A stretch of DNA of 64,000 nucleotides from Eukaryota sp. TZLM1-RC (Eukaryota > Protista > Metamonada: BaSk clade), in contig JAUPSS010000004.1 in assembly GCA_040285825.1 (NCBI GenBank), positions 6,663,784 to 6,727,783 on the forward strand, given 5' to 3'. Below, piece after piece: positions 1 through 13,239 of this stretch. The translations under genes were made by a program, and so were the position numbers. Within the stretch, counting starts at the first letter, position 1. Each line of letters begins with the position of its first letter. The notes under the pieces were generated by a model. The model saw only the letters and a list, made by a program, of their open reading frames with translations, was not told the origin of the DNA and did no database searches.

Positions 1-2073
1 AAGTACCCGAGAAAGTTGAGCGAGAGGAACTTACCGTGGAAGCTGTTGGAACCTTTGAACTTGTTGAACTAGTTGTTGGAGGTGTGGGTGGAACCACTGA
101 TTGTTCCATAGGCTGTGCAGGTGCTGGGGTGTGTTCCATCGGTACTAACACAGTAGGAATACAGTCAGGAGTTGGAGACTTATCACTGACTTCCACTACA
201 ACGTCCTCTTCAGTTTGTTCCATAGGAGGATTATGCGAGGGTTGTGTGGGGGGTTCTGTAGAAGTTTCCATAGGTTGTTCAACGGATGATGGAGCTTCTC
301 TTTGATGAGGTTCAGGGGAAGGTTCGGTTTCTTCAATCTGGGCTGGAAACTGATGTGAAGAAATTGTTGGTTGAACAAAGTGTGACTTTTCAATGCGACC
401 TTCTACCATGATTCATTTTAACATCCTGGATTCTATGCATCCAGGGAAAACAGTGACGAGCTGGAGGGCTCTTTGAAAATTACCAGATCTTCTGTGGTCA
501 GGACCACAATATGGAGCTATATGGTCTGGACATCTATCATAAAGAAAGAGTCTACCACCATATGTGGTTTCGGTAAACCACCACCCTGTTCTATAATTTC
601 TGTCGATAAGGATATCGAGAGATGCGTTGTACACAGGGCTGAACCTAGGGTAGGCACAAAAGTTATAGACGGTTATGAAGAGGTTATTTTCGTCTCCAGC
701 GAAGCGTCTGAACACTCCCTCTCGTGTTGTTCTCATGAACCTTACTCCGGGTCAAGGGTCATGAGTGGGTTCAGGGTCATTTCTGTATGATTCTGGAGTG
801 ATCCTTTCATCGGCGAGATATGGACCAATTCTGGGAGATATCCATAATTTTAAGTCGTTTTCGACTTTAAGACCGAAGAAAGGAGGATGTTTGTCGCTCA
901 TCTCCGTGGGAGGGATGGCTTCTGGGTCCTCCGGAATGACCTGTAGATCCCTATATCTTGTATAAGGATTGTGCTGACGGGAAGCATCGTGATGAACACT
1001 AGAGCTAGCGTGGTAGCTAGTTTGGATGGGAGTGGATTGAGCAGGTGTAGAGGATGTTCCTCTTCTAGCTTGAATCATCCTGTCAAGACTTTTTTTGTGT
1101 GTGCAGTTGCGTTCCTCTCGAAGGTAACGCTCTAAATATTCTTTAGAGACCTCGGCAGTAACTTTGTTAATTTCAGATGAAGGTGCCGTAGGAGGGACCT
1201 GAGGTTGAGATAGAGAGGAAAATTCCTTGGAAGGTTCCTCATAATCCACCAAGTCTGAAAAGATCTGTTCGTACCTTTTCCTTTGCTCTTCGCAAAGATA
1301 CGAATGGAGGTTCGAAGTGCTAGGAGTGGAATCTCTAGCCTGGGGAGGTGAAACAGACAGATTGTTAACTCCACTCAATGCTGTTGAAGTGAGAGAAGAT
1401 CCTGAGACTGGGACAACGGGATTTTGACTTGACTTTCTCACAGTAGGAACTGGAGGAAGTTGGTGAGAGGGTGGGACCTCAGATTCAGGTTTAGGAGATG
1501 AAGTTGGAACTTCAGAGTCCTTTTGAGAAGTAGGAGGTTGAACTCCAGTCCCTTCTTTAGTAGTATAGAGAGGTTGAACTGACTCTATGCTTTGAGAAGA
1601 AGATGAAGTTGGTACTTCAGAGCTTCTAAGAGGGTGGGGAGAACGTGGGACTTCAGATTCCCTAAGTGAAGAAGGGTGAGGAGCTTCGGAATCCTCAACG
1701 TCTTCGTCGTCGTAGGAGACCAAGGAAGGACTTCTTCCTTCCGAAGAACAGAATCTTTGGGGGGGTTGTCTCCTCTCGAAGGAGTAGAATCCTTGGGAGG
1801 GATGTCACCTTCCACAATGACAGTTTCCTGAGGAGGGGAGCTTCCTTCCATAGGAACGGAATCCTCTGGAGGAGAGCTATCTTCTTTTGGGGTAGAACCT
1901 TCAGGAAAAGGATCTTCAGGAAGCGCAGAAGCATCTATTGACGAAGGGGGCACGGTAGCTTGGTCTGCGGTTAGTTGAGAAGAAGAGGGACCAGTCTCTT
2001 TTTCTGGGATCCTGTGTTGAGCCTCTGACGACCCGATAGGTATTGATAGTCTTTGCTCGTTAGATTGCGACAT
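1..2073 (-). pseudogene. Broken long low-complexity (Pro/Ser/Glu/Thr-rich) ORF with a small globular middle; probably ORF1/gag-like part of a repeat element; runs off the window edge
   Basis: Successive minus-strand ORFs 1585-2073, 752-1723 and 413-736, plus an open frame below ~305, share composition and degenerate SEVP / EDSxP repeats; GC is clearly higher than the flanks. Confidence 0.35.
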
Positions 2074-2099
2074 ACAATGTAAATGTAATGAAATTCATT

Positions 2100-3190
2100 A
2101 CGATGAGGAATTGTATTCTCTCTTTTTGTACTATAAGGCCGATACTGAATAAACTAAACTATTAGCTATCAATACTATTCAAGACTAACAATCATTCAAT
2201 AACAATATTCCAGAAAAGAATGTTTTAAATTTAAAATACACTCTGCGAACATGACAGAAACGATTGACTGGAATGTATGAAAATGATCTTTATAATAATG
2301 TATGCAGCTCGGCTGTTTTAAATCAAGATCTTCACTCATTGTTAATGGAAAGAGGTGTTTGTGAAAATAAGTCATCAGATTCTTCACTTTTTGTAACCAT
2401 TGTACAACGAAGATTTGGTTTGTGTGCCACTGATGAAGCATTTGTAACAAAAATGAGATTATATTTGAATATCCCCATGAATCAATTATTATCAAAAGAA
2501 AAATGTATTTGTTCGAATTCACCTCAACTCACTTTGCGCCATGCTCTGAATTGTTTTCAATTGATAACTTATCGTACTTCATTACATGATGCTGTCAGAG
2601 ACACTGTTTTCAATTCGGCACAAACTACAAGAATATCGTGTATCAAAGAGTCTCTGCTGAAGGAAACACTTTCTCTGAATAATTTTGGTTCTGATGATAG
2701 AGGTGATGTATATTGTGATTGGATTGATAATTCTGAAACTATTGTTGACTTTGTCTCATGTAATGTTGCAAACGATACTTTGGTTCACAGAAGAAAACTT
2801 CATCCTGTGAGTGCACTTGGTTTTAAAGCAAAAGAAAAACATAGAAAATATGATAAAGAAATTGAAGAGGCTAATGCTGATAGAAATACACAGTTAGTTT
2901 TTATTGCTTTCTTATTTTCGATAAACGGAAGACTATCAGTTGAAGCGGAAACTTTTTTGAATGACTTCCAAAAAATGGTTCAAGAAAAAACAATGAAAAG
3001 ATTTGATATTTTTTATGGCGTTCTCGGATTCAATTTGCCATTGTTATTAGATTACCTCGGTTCTTCAATCGAATAAGAGAAGCTTTAGCTAGACAGCAAG
3101 CAGATCAAGATTTTGTAGAGGAAATCTTGGTTCAATGATAGTCGTCCCATTAGTTATGAATTAATTTAATTAAGTGTGCATGTTCAATAA
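2100..3190 (+). mobile_element. 3' part of an RLE-type (CRE/SLACS-like) non-LTR retrotransposon
   Basis: ORF 2264-3076 has a CxC..H..C knuckle, HDAVRD and an RGD..D..K restriction-like endonuclease; the 3' end is shared with copies at 24890 and 30990. Confidence 0.8.
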
Positions 3191-3252
3191 ATATATTTAG
3201 TGAGATGCACAGAAGCAATTTATAACTTTCACACTCTTCAATATCTGATCAA

Positions 3253-4723
3253 ATGTCTCGCCACGGTGACCTTCGAAGATACTGGAAAGACCAACTATAT
3301 TCAAATGTTCCTGAATATCTCAGTTCAGCCTCTAAAATCAACGGTGTTATTAGTGCTTTTAACTCAAACATCGATGCAATCTTACCAATGACTGGAGAAA
3401 GGTTGGCATGTCTTATAAATCAGCACAATTTCAACATCGAATCACTCTTAGACGAATCTGTCAGGCGAATCGACACTCCATTGGATCTCTTTCGTGGTAT
3501 AGTACGCTGTTTCAAACGGGGTATTGCTGAAGAGTGGCTTATTTATTCTGAGGAAACCTACAAATGGATTTCCGATGTATTAGGATACGAAAGACTTCAA
3601 ATGGTATCTTTTAGGTTATTACTCTTTTTTATCTCAGGGTGGACAATGTGGAATCGTAGCCAATGTTTCCGCAGTCGCCGGCTGTCAGAACGTTTATGTA
3701 CATTGTGCAAGCCTTCCAGAATCTCAAGCTAAGCTCTTTCTTCCACTCAATAATCTCAAGTCCTTCGACAAGGACGGGCAGCTGGTCAGAGCTTGCGATG
3801 CTACTAGAGACGATCTCCCATTGATTCACTGGATCATTGAGTTTGCTAAGGGAGATGTCCTGGCCCTAGGCGAACACAAGATTGTTTGCCCAAAGTCTAA
3901 CAGGTTCATTGCCACCTTTGATCCTTTGAACCTAACTCTAACGATTGACCCCCAATTCAGAGTGCAAAACCATCCCTATTCCCTGGTTGTCTTATCTGGT
4001 TATCATATGCTTACCCATGATCTTCCTGATGGATCCAAGTCAGAAGACCGCATCAAAGATTCTCTCAAAGTGATTGAATCTTGGAAGCAGAAAGAATGCC
4101 TTGTACATTTGGAAATCGCTTCCACCCAAGATGAGGTTGTCAGGAAGCAGGTTTTAGACTTGGTCGGTACCTCTGGACTGATCGATTCCAGTGGTTTAAA
4201 TGAAAGAGAGTTGGTAGATTGTTTAATGGTGGTTGGGGAACAAGAACTTGGTAATGACATTGATAGACATACAGATGCCGCTCATGCCTTTGCTGGTCTT
4301 GTTAAGCTCTTTGAACTCACACAGATCGCAAGAATTCAGCTTCACATGTTTGGTTTGTACATTACTATCCAAAAGAAGAATTTCACGGTTTCCCCTGAGA
4401 GGAATAGAAATGGAATGTTGTTAGCCGCAATTTGTGCTGCTTCTAAAGCGGGAACGGGTGCCCTTGATGATCACGAAAGTTTACTGTGGTCGCTCTATAA
4501 TGATTTCAACGGACCAGCTTCTCATTCTTTGAAGGAGTTTGAGTTGTTGTTCAGCATTTTAAGTGCTAATTATGGCGTTTCTGATGATTTTCTTCAGACA
4601 GGAATTGCTGAGCTTAAAGATTTTGATGTTATTGCTGTTCCTACAGTTTTGGTTGCTAATCCCAAGACATTAGTTGGAATGGGTGATACGATCAGTTCAA
4701 TGAGCTTGATAGGTACATATTAA
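3253..4723 (+). CDS. ADP-dependent glucokinase/phosphofructokinase, archaeal-like; intron 3604-3637
   Basis: Motifs AFNSNIDAI, spliced RLQM|GGQCGIVAN, IHWIIEF, PKSNRFIA and NPKTLVGMGDTISS; removing the 34-nt GT..AG intron joins ORFs 3253 and 3821 in frame. Confidence 0.9.
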
Positions 4724-5883
4724 AGATTACTTGTCTTGTTTTGCTTTACAGAGTAATAAAAGTTGTATTTGTATTTTTGTTAGTCAAACATCACAGTAGA
4801 TCATTCACAGGAACTTATTAATTCACTTTACTGGATTTTTCTTATCTTAATTTAGTCCATGAATATTTAATTAATGTCACACATTTTTGAAAATTCTGTA
4901 ATGTAATTATAACAATTCACAAGATGTTGACATCCTAAAAACAACTATGGACCAATTGGAACCCCAAATTTTTGGTGACATCTAAAAGTGACTTTCTAAA
5001 CATTGATGGAAGAGGAGCTAACCAAATTCTACGATGCCAAACAGATCAATTTACCTTTCTATTTGAAGAACAACAAAGTATGTGGAAAACTAATTGTGAA
5101 AGTGGGATGTATTTGTGTCAAAAACCAAAGAGTTATGCCGTTAAAGGCATCAGGCAAGTTAAGGAACGAATAATGCAGAATATACTTATAGAACATAATT
5201 CAGATTTTTGGGAAAATTGAACAGGTTACTAATGATAAACAGCAAAAATTTGAAAGTGACTTATTTAACATTTCATCTAATGTTCAAAATTGGAATAGGA
5301 CTATATTTTGCTCTACTTTTTGGAGCATTTTCTAAAAATTTGTGACCTTATCTCAATGATTGAAAATCGACTTTTTACCACCAGGATCAGCATTCCATCA
5401 TTATCATCTTGTTACTTTAAGCTGTTTGTATTATGAGAACCAATTTGATTTGAAATCCACAACCCTTGAACATCTCACATCAGCGATCAAAGTTGGTCTA
5501 GAGACATCTTGCAAAACTGAATCAGTCAGAAATTACAAATAAAGCAAAAAAGGCTAGTAGTGTTTTAGATATAAATTCTTTCGATTTTGAGACAACATTG
5601 TCAGACATTGAATCAGGATTTTCTTTAGAAAAAATGTTATTCACACCCACAATCACATGTGTCGCAGTGTTGGTTTAGACATAAAAATGATAGACAATCG
5701 AAACATTTTCATGTCTTTTGGGCAACATTGTGGCTTTCAGTGAAGAAAATTCCCGATAAGAACACGATGGATAGTGGTGACATCAAAAAAAGACATTTGA
5801 CTCCCTATTGCTTGTTTTATAAATCATCAAAACAATAAAAGATTTATTTAAACTTAAATTAAATACTAAAATACTAAATTAAA

Positions 5884-7940
5884 CTACAAAATATCTTCCT
5901 TCTCTTCAGCTGGGTTGTAGACAGGAATTTTAGTTCCAAAATAAAGTAAGAATCCTGTACAAGCAACAGCACACATTAAAATACAAACAAAACCAGGAAC
6001 ACCCAACATTGCCGGAATAACTCCAAGAACAAAGCATGAAGACAAAGACAACAATGCATATGGTAACTGTGTTATGGTATGACTTGCCAACTGAACTCTG
6101 GCAGCAGCACTGGCGACAACAGTTGTATCAGCTAGGTAGGAAGCGTGGTTTCCAAAGACAGCACCACTAAGAACAGCACCAATCGTGACTTGAAGAAGAA
6201 GTACATCCCCTGGGTGAGCTTTGGTGACAATAGTAATTCCAAAACCAAGCAGAATAGTCAATGTTCCAAAAGCACTGCCGACAGCAAATCCAATAATTGA
6301 TGCTACAACAAAGATTGACAAAGCTAACAAAAGAGGGCTGGTATTCTCAGGCAACAAGTTACCAACCCAAACGCCTGTTTGGAGGAAATCTGTAGCTGCA
6401 CCAAGTGACCAAGCGCAAAGCAAGTTAAGCAAAGCTCCTGACATGTCGGCCCAACCAGCTAGGAAAGAAGCAACACTGGTTGAATACTTGATTCCAACCA
6501 ACTTCATGAGAACAAAACAAACTATACAACCTGATACCATTCCATAAAGAAGGGATCTGTAGATATCGGTGTAATTGAAGATATTAGTAGCATTGACTTC
6601 AAGCAAATCGAGCTCTTCTTTTAAATTATCAATAACATCATAATCACCACGTCTAAGAGCCAATCGCATGTCTATTTCGAGTTTGTCCCTCATTTGATTA
6701 ATCTCCATAACACCATACGAAATCATAGTAATGGAAGTGATGGTCATGATGGTAAGGATTGGAATAAGTGCATTCCTGGCCAAATGAGGAGTGTCCTTAT
6801 CAGGGATCTTGTCAGGATTTGTTTCAGAAATGGTTTCAGTCGACTTGTTGTCTGAAGACACTCCACGTCTGGCTGCAAGTTCAATCTTGACCATTGGACC
6901 AATATCCCTCTTGGTAAGAACAACCAACCAGGGCATAATGGTTCCTACTAGGGGGTAAAAACAGTATTGGATAGATCTGATAAACATTGGAAAGGGGTCC
7001 AGAGCGATTCCATTGCTTTCAAAATGAGCCTTGAGCGATGAAATAATGAACCCAATCCAGGAAGAGATCAAAAACACAGAGGAAGGAGGGGAGCCCATTG
7101 AATCCAGCAAAAATGCCAACTTTTCAGGAGAAACACGCATTCTAGTGACCAAGGGTTGAAGAGCAAGTCCTGATATGAAAATATTACAAAACTCATCAAC
7201 AATGAGGATACACATCATAGAAAGGAGACCAATCATGGCAGATTGTGATGTGTTGGCATACTTACCAATCTTGGCAGCCAAACCATGTGACCCTCCAGAC
7301 TTGCCAATCATTCCGATTACAGAACCAAGGAAGATGAAGAAAGCTGATACAATGGCATAGCTATCATCGGCTATCGTTTCGATGAAGTAGTTGAACGTCC
7401 ATCTGAAAGCCGTGATGGGATCGAATGTACCAACTGACAAGAATGATGAAACAAAAACACCGATAAGTAAACTGGGAACGACCTAGTGGTGAGAACGTGA
7501 CAGAAGCATACTTGATGTGTTGTCGCAGCAAGGAAAATCGTGATAGCAGGTGGTAACAAAGTTAAAATACCAGGGAGCACTAATATCTTGTCTGAAACAA
7601 TGGAAGATTCATCGCTGCAGCCCGGGCATGACACCTGGGTCTTATGGAATCCTGCACTAGAGGTTTCAACATCTTCAAATTTAACAACTAGTTGTTCATA
7701 TGTTGAGTTAGGACAGAGAAAGAGACTAGAAGTTTGGGCAATTTCATCACCCAAACTGAGCTCAAACGTAACATACTGACATTGCGGAATATCAAAAAGT
7801 TCAAAGCCAGCTTCGGCATTGAATGTCAAACCAGATGGTATTGAAGGTCGATGAGTGAGAGAGAAGATGTCAATGTCAGCTGCATTTGCATAATTCTGTG
7901 CCCCTATGAGAATTAAGACGATAAACAGGAAAATTCTCAT
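5884..7940 (-). CDS. NhaC-family Na+/H+ antiporter-like transporter with N-terminal signal peptide and ectodomain; intron 7483-7511
   Basis: Motifs LTLLPPAITIFLAATTHQ|VVPSLLIG, SPEKLAFLLDS..SSW, GSAFGT and GAVFGNHAS..DTTV; a 29-nt GTATG..TAG intron joins the two ORFs. Confidence 0.85.
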
Positions 7941-8409
7941 TTTTGGCTGTGGTTGAAAAGGAGAGATTTGTTTTTCAAATACGAGAAAACCGAATTTCAG
8001 TGGAATTCTTGAGAAATTCCAAAATGAATCCTTCTGTTAAGTGCTAATCACCATTCCGATTGCCATTCCTGGCTGATTCCCAAAATGCCTTTTCTTACTC
8101 TTTACACCATCTCTTCTCTTGACACAGACTTGTGAACTCTGACCGAAGTATCCCACCCTTCTTCTTCACTTGTTCAGCGCTCAATTCCGCACCATTGGAC
8201 TTTCGCTTACAGCGATAACTACTGTCATTTTAGTGGATAACGAACCTGGATATTGGTATGTTTTACTGATAATGGTCTATTCTTAAATCATTATGTCGAT
8301 TTGGCAGCATTTGATAAGAGTCCAGCCTTCTTTGTTCAACTCACATAACATTTGCCATATTGAATATTGTTAATAGATGCACTACGCTTCTCGTTAAAAT
8401 TTGAATAGA

Positions 8410-10180
8410 TTAAATAAAATCTTTTTTATCCAAAATTATTTATTTTCAACGCTAACAAAACAACTAAACACAAAACTAGAATTCAATATCCTCAATACAG
8501 GCATCAAGATCATCAAACCTCTTCAGTGCGCGATTCTCATACTCTATTCCTAATTGTACTAAATGTGTGCTTTGGTTATCATTTTGGGAATTGCTTTAAG
8601 TATACCAAAAACAATTCTATTGTGCCAGAAATTAAAAGTTTAACTCTTTTCCTGCTCTTTCTTTGTTTAAACATCTGAAACCTTCAAGAATTTTAATACC
8701 TAATATTCCAATGTTAGCAAAAAGAGAAACAGCAAATGGAACCAGCTCATGCTTCACGTGCTCATCACACCCAAGCTGAGATAAGGGCTCATTGTACTTT
8801 TTTATTTTGCACTTTTCAGCAAAGCAAAGTAGAGTTTCATCTTGTTTAGCAAAATCAATTGCTGATTCTTTACAAACATCAACAGTGACAACATCAACAA
8901 CTTTGATCACACCATCAGACCCAGGAGTAATTAAATCAGCACGGCGTTTCCCGAAAGTATTATCATCTTCCTTATCAGGTGACAATTTACGCACAAGTGG
9001 TTCTACAAAAGCTTCAATGTGATGACTTTTGCACATAACATACAGTTGCTCTCTAACAACATCATGAACAAATGAGCGATATGTAATATTAATTTTGCAA
9101 TTAAATAAATGATTCAAAGTAATAAGCTGACCACAAAAACAAATCAAATCATTCGGCAAACTGCATGGCTACAGAAAACACCTCATCCTTAGGGCAGTTG
9201 TCCATTGAAAGTCATTTAACAATAAACCATATACATTTGGAATCTGGAAAATGAGACAACTTGAACTACTTTCCTTAACATCAATTGAAAAATTCACAAA
9301 AACGGGATTCTTTTCTTAAGCCAACCTAAGACAAACAGTAAAATCCAAGTTTTCAAAAACTTTTAATATCTGTTTCTGCAATTTGGCGTATGCAAATCTC
9401 AAGGAAACAAAAGTTCTGGGTGGAATTTCTTGAATACCGGCAGGAAAATATTTGGACCAAGTGTGAGCAGAGAGGCATTCAATTTCATTCTGCAAAGACA
9501 CTAAATAGTCACTAACACAATGTTCTATTAAATGTTGGTTTTCAGGAAAATGTTTCAATAATTCAAAAATGAAATTTTTGCATCCACCATTAAATGCAGC
9601 TTTACACAAATCTTTAGCCTGAAAATCTAGGGATTCTAATTCTGTGCTACCAAAAAAAATACTAAGAAAAAAAAGATGAATCAATGTCATGTAAATTAGC
9701 CAAAAAAATTTGTTCTTAATTCGTTAAAAATTCTGCAAAATTCGAGAGATATAGATGGCGAGGTTGATGGTAGGTAATTTCCCTGAATAACAAATTTTGA
9801 GAAAGAAAAATTTAAGTTGTATTTCAAGATCTAAATCTGAATGAACAATCAGTTCCTCTTCAAATTCTCTGAAGGAGAGGATTGTTGACTTCGAATTTCA
9901 TCAAAGTTGCCTAAATAACAACACAAAAAATGAAATCCTGATTCAAAATTGTTGATGAAAGGAACAATTTGATCATCAATAACAAGTTCAGCAGGCTTGC
10001 TACCAATCAACAAACATTTGGAAATACTTAAAAAAACCAATTTGATAATAGCGCTGTTGAACAATTCTAGCAAATTTTCTCAACGAAACAATTGGACCAA
10101 TTATTGAAATGTCATCCATATAAGCAGTTATATGAATATCTGGAAATTCTTGTTTTAATTCACTCATTAGGGGATGAATA
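8410..10180 (-). mobile_element. Degenerate RLE non-LTR retrotransposon retaining the RT catalytic region
   Basis: ITAYMDDISIIG (RT YxDD) in ORF 10000-10215; CxC..HLFNC, HDVVREQL and RRAD in ORF 8632-9159; close relative of 49170-50337. Confidence 0.85.
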
Positions 10181-10319
10181 GCAAGGCACGTCGGATTTGG
10201 GTCGGCCGACTTCACTTAGGTCACCGTCTTATCGGCCGTTGGGTCGTATTTCTAACACTGTTTTTCACCGGCAATTCATCTTGAAATTTCATTTCATTCA
10301 TTTTGAATTTCAAAAGCAG

Positions 10320-10405
10320 CCTTGGCTGATGTAAGATCCAGAAGGGAATTTGATTGGTGCGAAACCACTCGGAATAGAAAACATACCTCGCAAGCCAAAG
10401 CAACG
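10320..10405 (+). mobile_element. Short fragment of the Fanzor subfamily seen at 28400-28901
   Basis: DNA similarity: aagggaatttgattggtgcgaaaccactcggaatagaaaacatacctcgcaagccaa resembles 28665-28722. Confidence 0.6.
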
Positions 10406-10659
10406 AAGAATCAATCACTCCGCTTGAATTGATAAAGAAAAGAAATAATTAAAGAGAATTTATTAGAGGGGAGGTAGCATCATGAAGCATGGATGATTCT
10501 CGTTCATATGGTTGCTAAAGACGGAAAGATTTACTCGTTTCCTGGATATGCACAAAAAGGGTATCAAAGGATGCTTCTGTAAATTTTTTAATTCAAAATT
10601 ATATCAATTGAATTCCTTTTAAAAATAAAAATATAAATTTTAAAAAAATTGTTTTTATC

Positions 10660-12320
10660 AGGTGGAGGGCAACAAAGTGATGATGTTAAAGACAGTTGTT
10701 ACATGATGCACAAATCACTGATTTGATCCACAACTTTATCAATCAGTCATCAACTCTACTGTCACATCACTCAATACTTGTTTGGCCAGTCGCATCAGCC
10801 CTATTGTTTTTTAGGAGATTTGTTCAAGAGGATTTTTGCTCACAATTGATCAATTCAGGTGACGAAGAAAACACTTTGATTTATCTACCCTATATGATGC
10901 ATTTCATCAATCAAATTTGATTACATCTATTGACGAACGATTTGCTGTTGGTCAACATTGTGTACTTGTTGCATTCTGGATCAAATCCAGAACAGCAAAA
11001 GTTTTTCTTTTTAATAGTCTTCGTTATAATGAAGAACAACATCAAAAACTTAATTCAATAATTTTTTTAAAAACTTGGAATCATTATTAGTCAGAATTTA
11101 TCTTAATTTTTTCAATCTAATTCAAATACCCTTTAGTGACACCAGCCAATGTTAAAACACAATTTACTCTCAGAATTTTTGCATTTTGATAATGAAAGAG
11201 AACATTTCCATATCTTACTGTCAATCAACAAGAAAGATTGTTGCAAATTCTGTTTCTAATATTTTTACTCGAGAACAGATTGAATTAAATCTTTGTTTTT
11301 GTGATCTTGTAGAAAAGTCAACAAGCAGAAATGAACATTATTGTAAAGTTGATGATAAAAATATCACTTTATATTATCATTGCTCTGAGAATGAATTGTT
11401 AAGTTCATTGAGAAGATTATTAGAAACTTATAATCCATATAATGTGTGGTTTCAATATTGTTAAATTTGACACCCCACATATTATGAAGCGTTCTGAAAA
11501 TGAGGACCTTTCTAGGGTGAAATCGATGCTAGTGAATGGGTTCATTACTATAACTCAAATTTTATAGAATTGAATTACAAACACTTGACCCTTTAATTAC
11601 TGGTCGATTTGTTGTTAATACTTGTAGTATTTACAAAAATTATTATCTATTATGCAAATTAAAAACAGTTTCGAAAATATTATTAGGGGCAAGTTGACCT
11701 TGATCCTCGGTATATTGCAAAGTATTGGCAGGTTCATGAAGATGATCCCTTCTCAGATTTTCCTTATCCCAAAGAAGAACTGCAGTTGCAGTTTATTGTT
11801 TAAGTGATACAGATTTAACCATGAAATTATTTAATTTCTTTAACTGACGAATTCATGGAAACTGTTCAACATAAACCTTATGATGGAAACTCGTCACATT
11901 CACTGTTTGGAAAGTGCAGCAGCCTATGTCATGAGACTAGTTTAATAATATCATTTTTTAGATTCTAATTCTGCTGGGATTCTTTAATTGTCTTTTCAAG
12001 ATTTTGAATTGACCCCCATTCCGTATCTTGAGCTTGAGTACATCGGTTATTGCTTCAACATTTGAATGATTATTGCTAAATTTATTGAACTATATCTAAA
12101 AAACTTGCCATTAAGAAGATATCCTATCAACCATCTCCAACACCAAGATGAGGATTTAAATCTAATGAACCAACAAAGTACTACCCTCACATTCACAGAA
12201 GCCAGAATTGAGCAAGAAATGTGGTTTAGACCTCAAAAGATAGTGAATGGACGGAACATGCGGCAAAAATATAGACAAAGTATAGTTTCTGACTTTAAAT
12301 ACGTTTTGAACGCAATGTAA
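10660..12320 (+). pseudogene. Degenerate element with possible Ulp1/adenain-like protease remnant and PolB-type 3'-5' exonuclease remnant
   Basis: Read across frameshifts: GQHCVLVAF..FLFNSL; SENELL..LLETYNP..GFNIVKFD (ExoII-like); VYCLSDTDLTMKL (ExoIII-like); IPYLELEYIG, homologous to IPYISAEYYG at ~38400. Confidence 0.5.
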
Positions 12321-12717
12321 AGGCTTTCGTACTCAAGGCTTGTAGATCATGTATAAATTCTTCTCTTCGGCTCCTTTTTAGCTTGGCAGTCAACAACGGA
12401 GAAGAACTACCAAATTGACTGGTCTTGTGCTGACGAACTGAGTTAGAATGACTGGAAAGGTCAGACATTTGAAGAGTGTTGTTGAACTTCTGCAAATTCA
12501 AATCTTCAGCACTACAAGACTGTTGCGCTAGACTAATAGCGCTATTCAAAGAAAGACTCCGATCAGAAGACATTAAAGCAAAGATATGATGGCTGAGAGC
12601 GTGTGTCCTCTTAGCTGGTACATTATGATATAGTTGAAGAAACAGTGGAAGGTGTTGCATCAGATTAGATTGTTGAACCTTTTTCAATAAACTTTTCATT
12701 AATTCTACTTTAGATGC

Positions 12718-12855
12718 TTGCTTTCGGAGTAATACTTTACTGATAGTTGTATTCGTAATTTGATAAAGGAATGTCTAATTCAATGTTTTAAAAACAAAAA
12801 ATGAAAACAAAATAAACCATAGCTGGAAAATACACAGACTTTGCTCAGAAAAATA
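12718..12855. repeat. ~140-bp dispersed repeat; inverted copy at 24237-24376
   Basis: ttgctttcggagtaatactttactgatagttg...ttgctcagaaaaata is near-identical in opposite orientation. Confidence 0.85.
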
Positions 12856-13239
12856 TAGTTTTCGTCATACGCTTTCAAATGCTGAAATGCATCAATGATC
12901 CACTGTCCAATTTTTGGTTTTACGGTTGTTGCCAATTAATTTAACCTTACATCATCTATAGCTACGTTGTTCTGTGAATGTTTGGTAATGTTTTCGGTAC
13001 AGTATTCTCCAAATCTTTTTCTCAGCCGTTTTTTAAGGGGGAATTAAGAGAAACGTCCAAGACCAGATTGCTCAGATCCAACGTCAATGACTTCAAGTGT
13101 GAAGTCAGTCTGTGTGTGAAGCAGCCTGATAGTAGTCGAGCAAAGTAACATGACGTTTTTTTGGTGGTTCAGAAGCAAGAAGGTTTGGCATATTGACTTT
13201 CAAAAATGTTCGAACTGAATAATTTTCGTACAATCTCAG

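Noticed and set aside
4900-5550. Possible Tc1/IS630-like transposase remnant (KGIRQV..DFWE, IDFLPP)
   Set aside because: Too degenerate, and no DDE motif could be recovered by eye
12295-12699. 134-aa minus-strand ORF, possibly gag-like
   Set aside because: No diagnostic motif
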